A stretch of DNA of 64,000 bases from Scyliorhinus canicula (Eukaryota): positions 299,344,000 through 299,407,999 of the forward strand of contig NC_052146.1 in assembly GCF_902713615.1 (NCBI RefSeq). The letters are read 5' to 3'. A model generated the notes under the pieces. It was not told the DNA's origin, did no database searches, and saw only the letters and a list, made by a program, of their open reading frames with translations. Of this stretch, positions 48,846 through 61,026 are shown piece after piece (the stretch's first letter is position 1; each line of letters starts with the position of its first letter). Position numbers and translations under genes: made by a program.

Positions 48846-51800
48846 GTCGCTTATGGCCATGGCTTCTGGAGCTTTCCGTTGGCCGAGGAGAGGGCCACAT
48901 AGAAAACTGAGGTCAGCGGTCAATTCTCAGCCCGCTGTCATCCCCTGCAGTAAACGTGGTAGAGGCTGTCATGGCGGAGTGGGATTCCTGAGCCACACCA
49001 GGCAATGTTCAACACATTGACCACCATAGTACAAACCACCATCTTGTGAAAATGAAATAAACGGAAAATCGCTTGGCACAAGTAGGCTTCAAACGAAGTG
49101 ACTGTGAAAAGCCCCTAGTCACCCCATTCCGGCGCCTGTTCGGGGAGGCTGGTACGGTTCTGCTTTAAAAGCCAGCGATTTAGCCCAGTGTGCTAAACCA
49201 GCCCCTAAGAGATGCAAGGTTGTCATAGGTACCATTTTAAAAGATGTAATTGAACAAAGTCCAATTGCTCTTCTATTCTTTAAAGTTTGAATAGGTATGG
49301 CAGCTTTTCCAGCCCCCCCCCGCGGTGTATTTTCCGGCGGGGGAGGCCGCTCGTCATTGGTCGGTAGTGAGAATCTTCCAATCCCGCCAATGTCTACGGG
49401 GTTGCTTTCCCCACACCCTCCACTGCCAGGTGCTGTGTGGGGGATGGGGAGGGCACCATCAGAAGCCCCGGAAGGTTCCGCTGGCAATAAAGGCTGGAAA
49501 ATTTCAGCCCTTTAATGTTCATTTCCTCCCTTTCTCTCTCTGTGGTAGCACCTCACATTCCCCTGCATGGGGTTTCATTTCATCTGCCCAACCCGCCCCT
49601 CGAGTCCTGAAGATACTTACAGTCCTCTGCACCTTCTCCATTTCTGTGTCGACCTCAATAGTCCTGATCATTTATATATGTCGGGGAAGGACAAAGAGCC
49701 CAACAACTGACCCAATGGGAATTCTAATTCAGATAGACAACATAAATGCCTTTACCTTTCTGTCATTTACCACCTTCCTCGACAGTCTGCCATATTCCTC
49801 TCAATATCACCTTCTGGAATTTGTTTGTCAATTTTCAGAATTTTTGGCCATTTTCCCACATAGATCATTTGCTTAAAGTTTAAAAGTGAAGCGTATTCGC
49901 AAAGGTTTGGAGCTGAGGGAGGCACCTGGCTGAAAAGAAGCCTTTCAACAATCCGAAAGAAATTTGTTTCGCCAAAGGCTGTGAACAGCGAGGGATTATT
50001 TAGCCTCTCTCAGCAATTGCGAAGCCCCTCACAATCATCGTGCTGGGAAGGTTTCTGAACCCATCAGGCTAAACAGATCGTGATAATGAAAATGGAGGGA
50101 GAGAGAGAGAGAGACAAGCAACACAGGCAGGGAAGAATACATTCAAATAAAGAACTTTACTATCCAGCACTTTTCACAAAGCACTGGCCGTCTCAGAACA
50201 CTTGACAGCCAATGAGGTACTTTTCAAAGAGTAGTCACCATTATAGTATAGGAAACACAGCAAGCAATTTGTGCACAGCAAGATCCCACAAATGGTAAAT
50301 TAGACAACGGCCAAATTAGGTAGGGTGCTTTTTCCAAAGGGCCTCGATGGGCATAATGGCCTCCTTCTGCACTGTAAATTCTATGATTCTATTATAATCT
50401 GCTTTTATTGTGTTGTCGATTGAAAGAGAAACATTGGCCCTTCCTTTTTATCTCAAAGTAATGCCTTGGGATCTTTGACGTCCAGCCAAGCAAGCAGACG
50501 TCTCAGTCGAACGATGGCGCCACCAGCAGTGTAGCACCCCCTCAATACTGCACTTGGAGTGATAGCCTGGAGTTTTTGTGCTGGAGACCTGGACTGGGAC
50601 TTCACCCAGAACCTTCCCACCGAGCTACGGCTCGGTCAGGTTTGCTGAACTGAAATTCGAGAAGCAGTTCGACCTAGCAAAGGCTGTCGGAAGGTTAGAA
50701 TGCAGCAGCGTAACTAGAGGTTACACGGTGCAGGCAAGCTTGCCAATCCACTAATGAGGGACGGTGCATTACGTTCACTGTCGCACATAGATAAGTTGGT
50801 CGAGTTATGTAGATCTATTCATAACTGTTGCTGTGTATTATCACTCATTGTGACATAAACAGCTTAATGGTTTGTAAGAGCACTAGAATTAGGAGCAGGA
50901 GTGGACCACATGGCCAGTCGTGCCTGCTTCGCCAATCAATATGATCCTGTCTGGCCTAGAGCTTCTACTCCATTTTCCCACCCGCTCCCCATATCCCTTA
51001 ATTCCCCGACACACCGTCTGTCTATCCCACAGCCTTAAATATATTCAACGATGGAGCATCCGCAAGCCCCCGGGGATGGAGAATTCCAAAGATTCACAAC
51101 CCTTTTGAGTGAAGAAATTTCTCCTCACCTCCGTCCTAAATGAACAGCCCCGTTATCCTGAGACTGTGACCCCAATTTCGGAATTCCACATGGAAATCAA
51201 ACCTGTCAAGACTGTTTTGAATCTTATGTTTCAATGAAATGGTTTAGCACATGGCTAAATCGCTGGTTTTGAAAGCAGACCAAGGCAGGCCAGCAGCACG
51301 GTTCAATTCCCGTACCGGCCTCCCTGAACAGGCGACTAGGGGCTTTTCACAGTAACTTCATTGAAGACTACTTGTGACAATAAGCAATTTTCATTTCATT
51401 TCAATTCATACACCCAACATCCACTTAAATCCTTTATCAGTGCACACATTTATTTCCTTGTATGAGTTCAGACCTTGCGGCCAATGACAATAAAACTGAT
51501 AGCTCATAAATTAAGCATGTCTCCCAGATATCTACTACTCCTCGTCTGGAAGTCTGTGATGAGACAAGGTACAAAAATAGAGCAGGGCAAAGTTTACCAA
51601 CACAATCCTCAGCACGGTCACCAAAAAAGCATTTTCCCACGTAAATATAAAGAGTGACCTGACTGGACCAAGAATCATCGAAAGGTAGAGGATTGGTAGT
51701 GCTCAATGTGGTCCATCTGGCCAGTCCCAAACTCCAACCAACCTCAGATGTTACTCTCGGACACCTCAATCCCCTCTTCTGCCAACTATTCATCCAGCAC

Positions 51801-52422
51801 CCAGTTGAATTTGCCAATGCTATCCTCCGACTGGGCAATCTATTCCATATATTCACTGCCCTGTATTTGTCACTGTGTAGATAATAGCTGCCATAACACT
51901 GCTTGACTCTCGACATAATAACTTGAGTTACAATGCTTCATGCGCTTAAGTGTTTCTTCTTCGTCAGATTGGTGCCTGATAGGTGTTAAAATCCTTCACC
52001 CGTTTTGCAATTCTGACTCAAGCTGTCAAAGCCTTCGCCGGTAGCATTTCTGCTTGTTTGCTAATGAAGCGCACGCGCTGTCTCTAAGTTTCTTGATAGT
52101 GATATCTGGGTGATGAACATTGTTAGCAAGGCTAGCATTTGTTGCCCATCCCTTGCTGTCCTTGAGAAGATGGTGGTGGGCCTTCATTATGAACTGCTGC
52201 AGTCTCTGTGGTCAAGATGCTCTGTCAGTGCCGTTAGCCAGGGAACGTTAGGGTATTAACTTGGCAGGGATGAAGAACAACGTGATGCATATCCAAGAAA
52301 CGTGAGATTTCCAGTGGAACTTGGATGTGGGGATGTTGCCACCAACCCGCTGCCCTGGTCCTTCGAGATGGTGGAGACCACAGAAACAATATTGCCTTTC
52401 GAGAGAACACCTTTTGTTCAAC

Positions 52423-52428
52423 TTTATT
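52423..52428 (-). promoter_or_regulatory. Candidate polyadenylation signal of gene B
   Basis: AATAAA on the minus strand ~430 nt downstream of the gene B stop. Supported by position only. Confidence 0.35.
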
Positions 52429-52854
52429 ATTGATATTCCATAATCTCCGTACCATTCCTAGTGGAGTTTGCATCCTAAATACTAAAAGATGCAGCATCTT
52501 CTATAGGATGCCCCAAAGCATTTTGTAGCCAATTACGTACTGAAGAGGCGCAGTCACTGTTGTAATATACGTATATAATCAATTTGTGCATAGCAAGCTC
52601 CCGCAAATAAGCAGACCAGATATTGACCAGATTAATCTTTTTCATGATATTGTTTAAGGGATAAGTATCAGCCAGGGCATGATTAAAAGGAGTGGTTGGC
52701 GACGAGCTTACAGAGATATTAGAATGTTGATTAATGGCTCGGAGAGGAGCCATCAGAGGGTGCTAAATGGTGGTTCCTGGAGCTTGGGATTCATTGACAA
52801 ATATTATCTTCATTCGGTATTGTATGGAAAGCTGATCCTTGGAAAAGCCAAGAA

Positions 52855-53946
52855 TTACAGAATTCTGACAATGGACTGGATCAACCTGGCAGACCATGAG
52901 ATGGCACCAAAAGTGTCCGATATGATGCTGCCCATAATGCCCAAGAGGTCTTGGGGAACCGTGACCACTGTGACAATTAGGTACTTGACCATGATGGCCA
53001 GACACATGGCACAGTCATGGATAATCCCAGTGGGAACTCTTAAAATTGTCACCGCCAAAATTCGGACAAGGTTGACAACAGTTCCAATGAGTCGGCCAAG
53101 GGCTGATACCCCATTGGTGACCAAGGTGATTATTCTTCCCAGGGGGGCCAAGGCACTGGTGATGGTGGACTGGCAAACACCCTCATCGACCTCTTCACTG
53201 GCTGGTTCTGGTGGTGTGTCAGCTTGCTCTGTTGCCAGATCTTCGCCATCCACTGCTGGGTTTTGCTCTGCAGGAGTGGGGGGAGAATTCTCTTCCACTA
53301 TATCCTGTTCGTCCACACTAATGGCTAATTTTTGTACCAGCTCGTCCACCTCTTTGAAGGTCTCCGCCTCATCATCTTGGCTCGTTCCTCCACAGCTGGC
53401 AAAGATCCTGCCCCCTCCCAGTCTGTCCTCCAACTCTCTCACTGTCAGGTGCTCTGCCTTTGCTTCAGGCACCATTTGTTTCAAGAATGCAGTGGAAAAT
53501 TCCTTATCGTATGTTGCTATGTCCTCTCCCTCTGATTCCACGTCATCATTTAGGCAGGGGTCGTTATTCTGGTCTTGGGGGAAGGTGCAGCAAAGAGCGG
53601 TCCAGACGGTTCCAGGCACCGAGACCCTGTTTTTCATTTTCTCTGCCAACGGGTTGCTAGCACCCGTCACAAAGTACACTGATCGACCGGACTTGTGGCA
53701 TGTCTGCGCCAACTTCTGGGTCAGCGCCTCCACCTCCTTGTACCACCTGACATTGGCCCCGTGTTTCTCGGGCACTGCGTTGGTGAGGGTGCAGGTACTC
53801 GTGGCGCTCTCCTTGCGATTTAGTATGAATGGGTAGAGGTGGCCTCGCTCATAGCCCGTACCATGGTAGTCCACATCAACCGCCTGCAACTCACTGAAAT
53901 CCAATTTGCAGCTTGTCATCTCCTTTATATTAGCAGAATCCTCAAT
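52855..53946 (-). CDS. ENDOD1: ENDOD1-like gene B, coding exon 2 (catalytic half, acidic linker, amphipathic/hydrophobic C-tail); spliced product 466 aa
   Basis: Acceptor TTTTGTCTGTGTTGGTTTCAG|ATT, phase 0. QAVDVDY..YERGHLYP..TCTLTNAVP..ANVRWYKEVE..YFVTGA..RVSVP..VWTALCC. TAA at 52857-52855. Confidence 0.88.
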   Translation of the reverse strand: MEDSANIKEMTSCKLDFSELQAVDVDYHGTGYERGHLYPFILNRKESATSTCTLTNAVPEKHGANVRWYKEVEALTQKLAQTCHKSGRSVYFVTGASNPLAEKMKNRVSVPGTVWTALCCTFPQDQNNDPCLNDDVESEGEDIATYDKEFSTAFLKQMVPEAKAEHLTVRELEDRLGGGRIFASCGGTSQDDEAETFKEVDELVQKLAISVDEQDIVEENSPPTPAEQNPAVDGEDLATEQADTPPEPASEEVDEGVCQSTITSALAPLGRIITLVTNGVSALGRLIGTVVNLVRILAVTILRVPTGIIHDCAMCLAIMVKYLIVTVVTVPQDLLGIMGSIISDTFGAISWSARLIQSIVRIL

Positions 53947-56900
53947 CTGAAACCAACACAGACAAAAATGTGAGAAAGATTCAAGCATTGTTATATGATT
54001 CCTCAATGGACCTTCATATCTCCAACCAGGTCTACACCAGTGACCAAAGATGACACAGTGCCCGCAGAGATCAACACACCAGCAATCTCAAGGAGCAATG
54101 AGATTCACTGCCAGTTCTCACCTTTATACTGGTATCCATACATTCCACTCATTTCTTCTATTTTCCTTGTCTTAAATAATTTATTGCAGAACAAATCCTA
54201 ATTTATTTTTAATGTATTTGCTGTTTAAATAAACACGTTAGAATCAAAACTGTAGAATGATCACGGCACAGCAAAAGGCCATTCAGCCCACTGTGTCTAT
54301 TCGAATTGGCTGCAAGTGCAAATCAGCTGGTCCCACTCCCTCACCCTTTCCCCATATAACCCTGTAATGTTTGTCTCCAATTCCCTTTTGAAAGCCATAA
54401 TTCCTGCGTCCCCCACACTCTTCGGCTGTGCAATTCAGATCCCAGCCACTCACTGTGTGAAAGAAGGTTTCCCCTCGTGCCCTGTTCCCAATAACCTTAA
54501 ATCTGTGTCTTCTGTTTCTCAGCCTTTCTTCCGATCTACTGTTGGCCTTTTTAATAATGAGGCTCTATTTATTTATTTATTTTAAAAAAAAATTTAGATT
54601 ACCCAATTATTTTTTCCAATTAAGGGGCAATTTAGCGTGGCCAATCCACCTACTCTGCACATTTTTGGGTTGTGGGGGCGAAACCCACGCAGACACGGGG
54701 AGAATGTGCAAACTCCACACGGACAGTGACCCAGAGCCGGGATCGAACCTGGGACCTCAGCGCCGTGAGGCGGTTGTGCTAACCACTGTGCCACCGTGCT
54801 GCCCTATGATGCTCTATTTATAATGTGGTGTTATGTCTCAACAGTGTCGCCAATACTGTGGGTATTTATACAACTTCAGGGCAACCGGCACTGTGCAGAT
54901 GGATAAGGCCTTTATCTTGATCTCACGTGGCTGGTTTGGAGAAGTGGCTCTGTCCCTGCTGGGCTCATCCGTCAGGTAGTGATCATTGACCTTGAACTTG
55001 GCTGTCTGGTCGTTATGCTGCAGTTGGTGTGGGCACAGGCCAATCCCAAAAGTGGCTGGCACAGGCCGGGTCCAAAAGAGGCAGAACACATGGCTGTGTC
55101 CCCTTTTATACCTGTGGGATTTTGCGCCCTTTGGGGCGGTCCTTGATCTTGGACCTAGTAATTTGACAGGGCTCTGATCACTGCCAATAAAGGGGCGGTG
55201 CCTTGGTGGCTGGACGGGTCCTTAACGGTCATTGACCTTGGCAGTTGGGCTCTCTGAGTAAAGGGAGTGGCGCCAAGCAGTCTGTGGCTGTACCGGTTTC
55301 TTGATTGGAGTCCTATTATTCTGGGGAACGGGCGGGGGTTTCGATCAGGTCTAGCTACCTGCGTTTCAAATACACAGAAGCTCTGTATCTGTGTTGGCCA
55401 TAATTCCCACGGTCCTTTGCAGGTGGCCATCTCAGATGGCTACACTACTCAATCCAGACCTCTTGTAGATCTATCCATGCAACATGAATTTCCTCATTCC
55501 TGGGAACCATTCTTGTGAATCTTTTCTGCACCCTCTCTAAAGCCACAGCATGGCAGCACAGTGGTTAGCACTGTTGCTTCACAGCGCCAGGGACCCGGGT
55601 TCAATTCCCGCTATTGTCACTGTCTGTGTGGAGTCTGCACGTTCTCCCCGTGTTTGCATGCGTTTCCACCGGGTGCTCTGATTTCCTCATACATGTCCCG
55701 AAAGACGTGTCGTGTTAGGTGAATTGGATGTTCTGAATTCTCCCTCAGTGTACCCGAACAGGTGCCAGAGTGTGGTGACTAAGGGCTTTTCACAGTAACT
55801 TACATTGCAGTTAATGTCAGCCTACTTGTGATACTAATAATGATTATTATTACCTTCACATCCTCCCCTAAAACCTGGTGCCTACAACCGGACACAAGTT
55901 AAGGTCGATCCAGTATTTTATAAAAGGGTCGTGGGTGTCACTGGTTAGATCAGCATTTATCGCCCATCCCTAATCTGACCTTCTCATTTTTTTAAATTTA
56001 AAGTGTCCAGTTCTTTTCTTTTCCAATTAAGGGGCAATTTAGCGTGGCCAATCCACCTACGCTGCACGTCTTTGGGTTGTGGGGGTGAGAACCACGCAGA
56101 CACAGGGAGAATGTAATTTGACCTTCCAAAGGGCAAATAGAGATGGGCAATAAATGCTGGCCTAGGCAGTGACACCCACACCCCTGTTAAAGATTTAAAA
56201 ACACCCATCTTAACATTTTGCTATTCTGCACTGTGCTTTATTTATGAAATTCAGGACCCAGGGTGGCACAATGGCGCAGTGGTTAGCACTGCTGCCTCAC
56301 AGCGCTGAGGACCCGGGTTCGATCCCGGCCCCGGGTCACTGTCCGTGTGGAGTTTGCACATTCACCACGTGTCTGTGTGGGTCTTACCCCCACAACCCAA
56401 AGATGTGCAGAGCGGGTGGATTGGCCACGCTAAATTGCCCCTTAATTGGAAAAAATATTTTTGTTGAAAGAATTGCATCTACTGTTATATTTTGCCTCTC
56501 CTTGTTTTCCTTGTACAATTTCACACTTCTTGGTAATCAATTTCATCTATCAAATGTGCGCCCATTCCACCAGCCTGCCTGTGTCCTCTTGAAACGCATC
56601 ACCGACCTCCTCACATTTCACAATACATAGGAAGCAGGAGCAGGAAGAGGCTGTTTGGCCCATTGAACCCGCTCTACCATTCAGCTGGATCGTGGCTGAT
56701 CATTTCCCTCAAAGTCACGTTCCCGAGCTAGCCCCGTATTATGTCTCTAGAATCCAGAAATGTATTCTAACCACTATGTGCTAACCACTATGTTACCGGG
56801 CAGCACAGTAGCATAGTGGTTAGCACAATTGCTTCACAGCTCCAGGGTTCCAGGTTCGATTCCCGGCTTGGGTCACTGTCTGTGCAGAGTCTGCACATCC

Positions 56901-59248
56901 TCCCCGTGTCTGCGTGGGTTTCCTCCGGGTGCTCCGGTTTCCTCCCACAGTCCAAAGATGTGCAGGTTAGGTGGATTGGCCATGATCAATTGCCCTTAGT
57001 GTCCGAAATTGCCCCTTAGTATTGAGTGGGATTACTGGGTTATGGGGATAGGGTGGGGGTGTGGGCTTCGGTAGGGTGCTCTTTCCAAGGGCCAGTGCAG
57101 ACTCGATGGGCCGAGTGGCCTCCTTCTGCACTGTAAATTCTATGATTCTATTGATTTCTGCCTTGAATCTACCCAATGACTGAGCTTCCACAACCCTCTC
57201 AGGTAGGGAATTCCAAAGATTTGCCTCCGAGTGAAGAAATCCTCCTCATCACAGTCTGCAAGGACCTCCCCTTTACTCTGAGACTGTGTCCCCTGGTTCT
57301 AGACTAATCAGCCAGGGGAAATGACCAGTCCTCATCTACCATGTCACACTCTTGTGAGAATTTTCTTCAGGTGTTGTGTCATCTGCAAATTTTGAAATTA
57401 AGCCTCGTCCACCGAAAGTCCAGTTTATTAATGTAGATTAAGGAAAGCAATAATTTTGTAAACCTCTCTCCAGCCCGAGAAGCAACCAATCACCACCACT
57501 CTTAGTTGCCCATCATTCAGCCTATTTGTATCTCCGCTGCTGCTATCCTGTTCATGCCATAAACTTCAGGTTCGCTGACAAGTCTGTTGTGTGGCACTGT
57601 GTCGAATGTCTTTTGGAAGTCCATGTACACCACATCAACAACATTACCCTCATCTACCCTCGCTGTTACCTCATGAAAAAGCTCCAGCAACCTAGTTATA
57701 CGTGATTTGCCTTTAACACATCTGTGCTGGTTTTCCTAAACAAATCCACATTTGTCCAAGGAACAGTTAATTTGATCCTGGATTATCACTTCTAATCTCA
57801 TCATTCTTTAAAGTGTTTCCGCCACTGAGGTTAAACTGACTAGTTTTATGTTGCTGGGTTTATCCTTGCATTATTTTTTGAATACGGGTGTAACATTTGC
57901 AGTTCTCCCGTCCTCTGGCATCACGCCAGTATCGGAGGAGAATTGGAAGGTTACTATAGAATCATAAAATCACTGCAGTGCAAAGGATTAGGGTTAGGCG
58001 ACCATTCAGCCCATTGAATCTATGCAAACCCTCTGAAAGAGCACTCTCCCCATGCCCACTCCACCATCCGTCCTCGTAACCCCATAATCTAACGTGCCCA
58101 CCTTGGACACAAAAGGGCAATTTCGCATGGCCAATCCACCTAATCTGCACATCTTTGGACTGTTGGGAGAAAGCCGGAGCACCCGGAGGAAACCCGCACA
58201 GACATGGGAAGAACGTGCAAACTCCATACAGACAGTGACCCAAGGCCGGAATTGAATCCAGGTCCCTGGTGCTGTGAGGCAGCAGTGCTAACCACTGTGC
58301 CCCCGTATTGCACCCACCTCAAATACCCGTGATTCTGTAATTTGCTCCCTCACTCTCCTCGGTATCCTTAGACGCATCTCATCTAATCCTGGTGATTTAA
58401 GAATCATAGAATCCCTACACTGCAGAAGGAGGCCATTCGGCCCATAGAGTCTGCACCAACCCTCCAAAAGGGCACCCTACCTCGGCTCAATTATCCGCAT
58501 TATCCCCGTAACTCCACCTGACCTGCATTTCTGTGGACTGAGAGAGGAAACTGGAGCACACGGAAGGAACCCACGCAGAAAAAGTGAGAAAATGCAAACT
58601 GCACAGTCACCCAAGGTCGGGAATCGAACCCGGGTCCCTGGCGCTGGGAGACGGCAATACTAACCAGTACAATTAGACTATCTAATCTGGTCAATGTTTA
58701 GTTCATCCAGTATCTCCATCACCACACCCCACCATGACTTAAGCAGCGCCAACCTCCTTAGTAAAGGCAGACAGACGTAAAGTATTCATTTGGTAACCTC
58801 AGCCATGCCCTCCACCCCCATGTGTAGATTGACTTCACAGTCTCCAGTCTGCTCAATTCGCCTCTTTCCTGCCCTGTCAGATGCCCTGCAGAAGGTGGCC
58901 ACTCTGCCCATCCGGGCTTCGATAGCAAAAAAAAACTGTCCCAAATCCAAACCCCCCCATGGAAAGTTAAGATCCCATTCGGACAGGGCGCCCCCCCCCC
59001 CCCCCCCCCCCCCCGCAATTTGCTGCACATATTCTGTTCAGCGGGTGCCCCTGCCAATCTCATCAGGTTACAAACTTCCCAACATTCCCAACCCCCCACC
59101 ACCTCCAGTGAAAGCAATTAGCTCATAAATCACTCCAGCTTCAACCATTCCCCCGAATCGATTGGTTTGGTGTGACCCTGCCCCAGTTTCATCGCATTGG
59201 AGTCAGACTGAACCGCACGGGGGGTGGGGGGGGGGGGGTATCAGTTAC

Positions 59249-59557
59249 CTGTGGCTCGTAGAACCAGGGAGTGGGTCTGCGACCTTGCTGCTGGCCCAGG
59301 GTGCAGGGGTACCGGTAGGCAGAGTAGACGGGGCTCCGCAGCTCGGTGCTGTACAGGGTGGCGAAGTGGTGGCGGTTCTCAAACGTCTGGCAGATGTACA
59401 CCTGGTTGGGAGCCTGGAAGCCCTGCGGAGGGGTGTTGCCCTGGAAGAACCAGCTGCATTGCTCAAAGTCGCGGAGCACCTCTGCCTTCAGCGTGCCTGC
59501 CTGCAGCAGCAGGAGGAGGAGCAGGATCTGCGCCCTGCCGTCCACTGCCGCCTCCAT
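59249..59557 (-). CDS. ENDOD1: ENDOD1-like gene B, coding exon 1 (signal peptide + N-terminal nuclease domain)
   Basis: ATG at 59557. Leu-rich signal peptide MEAAVDGRAQILLLLLLLQAGTLKA, then FEQCSWFFQGNTPPQGF..ICQTFEN..HFATLYS..RSPVYSAY...WFYEPQ. 103 codons, ending CAG|GTAACT. Confidence 0.88.
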
Positions 59558-59662
59558 GTCCCCAGGGCTCCGTCCCTCACACCAGGAAGTGCCCGGATCT
59601 CCGCTCCTTGCGGCGCCGCTGCCCTGGGAGCTAGACTTCCTGCTGAGGGGGTGGAGCTGCAG

Positions 59663-59920
59663 CACCCACACCTCACCCACTCACCCAGACACTCACCCAC
59701 ACACTGACCCAGACTCACACACAGACACACACACCTCACCCACTCACCCAGACACCCACACACTCACCCAGACACTCACCCACACACTGATCCAGACTCA
59801 CACACAGACACACACACCTCACCCACTCACCCAGACACCCACACACTCACCCAGACACTCACCCACACACTCGCCCAGACTCACACACAGACACACACCT
59901 CACCCAGACTCACACACAGA
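59663..59920. repeat. Degenerate CA-rich minisatellite immediately upstream of the gene B start codon
   Basis: Mixed units cacccagacact / cacacactca / cacctcacccact. Confidence 0.85.
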
Positions 59921-60877
59921 TCTCCGCTGGCTGCCTGCAGGGCTGCTTTAGCAGGAGTGAGGACTCTGCAGACAGCCCCCTGTCAACCCAGCCACGACCC
60001 TGAAACCTGTCACCCACTTGCTCAGCAGCCCTGCCGCACCGTCAGCTGCTCTGACACTGAGGGAGGGGAGAGGGGAGGTAAAGAACTCTGCATTGCGCCG
60101 GATGTTATCATTCAGCCTTGTCCCTGAACCAGGTTTACACCAGCCCGCGGTTCCCTGGGATGTGTTGTAGTTTAGTAACACCCACCCCCCCGCCGCTCCC
60201 TCAGCACAGTCTGTAGCAGCGCTCCTCCCCCCGCCAGCAACAACCACTTGCATTTATGTAGCACCTCTCGTGCAGCAAGACCTCCTTCCCAAAGGCAAGC
60301 TCAGTTTGATACTACAGGCTGAGCCAGCCCACGCTCACATCCTCTCAGAGAATTGAGATGAGGTCTAAGGTGTTCCGCAGGAGCTGAATGTGAGGCTGGC
60401 CACAGGATAAGGAGATCAGGAGGGGTGACAGCCAGGTAGCGGGTTTGAAGGAGGAGGGGGGGGGGGGGGGGGTAGATTTAGGGAGGGGATCCAGAACTTT
60501 TGTTAAATAAATTTAGAGTACCCAATTCATTTTTTCCAATTAAGGGGCAGTTTAGCATGGCCAATCCACCTACCCTGCACATCTTTTCGCATGTGGGGGC
60601 GAAACCCACGAAACACGGGGAGAATGTGCAAATTCCACACGGACAATGTGAATTGCAGAGCTGAGGGCCCAGGCAGCAGACAGCACAGCCACCCATGGAC
60701 AAGCAACGATTGCAGCCGCCTGGTTTCAAGCTGGATTGAAGGGCAGACAAATGTGAGGGTTTAAGAAGGGAAATTCAGATAGTGATACCGTGACGATTGA
60801 AGGCAGAACCCCACGCACAGTGGTGGAATGGAGGGTGGGGAGAGGGGATGGGGAGGGTGCAGGGGTGATATAGAGGG

Positions 60878-61025
60878 GTGGCAGCACGGTAGCCCAGTGG
60901 TTATCACTGTTGTCTCACAGCTCCAGGGTCCCAGGTTCAATTCCTGGCTTGGGTGGCTGTGTAGGGTCTGCACGTCCGCCCCGTGTCTGCGTGGGTCTCC
61001 GGGTGCTCCGGTTTCCTCCCACAGT
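60878..61025 (+). mobile_element. 5' part of an HE1-like SINE, truncated at the satellite boundary
   Basis: gtggcagcacggtagcccagtggtt..ggttcaattcc..ccgggtgctccggtttcctcccacagt runs directly into the satellite. Confidence 0.75.
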
Positions 61026-61026
61026 G

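Noticed and set aside
52679-53836. 385-aa plus-strand ORF
   Set aside because: It is the antisense shadow of gene B exon 2, has no recognisable motifs, and its Ser-rich composition mirrors the real gene's codons.
54838-55490. Possible LTR-like insert in the gene B intron (TATA-like gtataaaagggg on the minus strand)
   Set aside because: I could not identify termini or a TSD with confidence.
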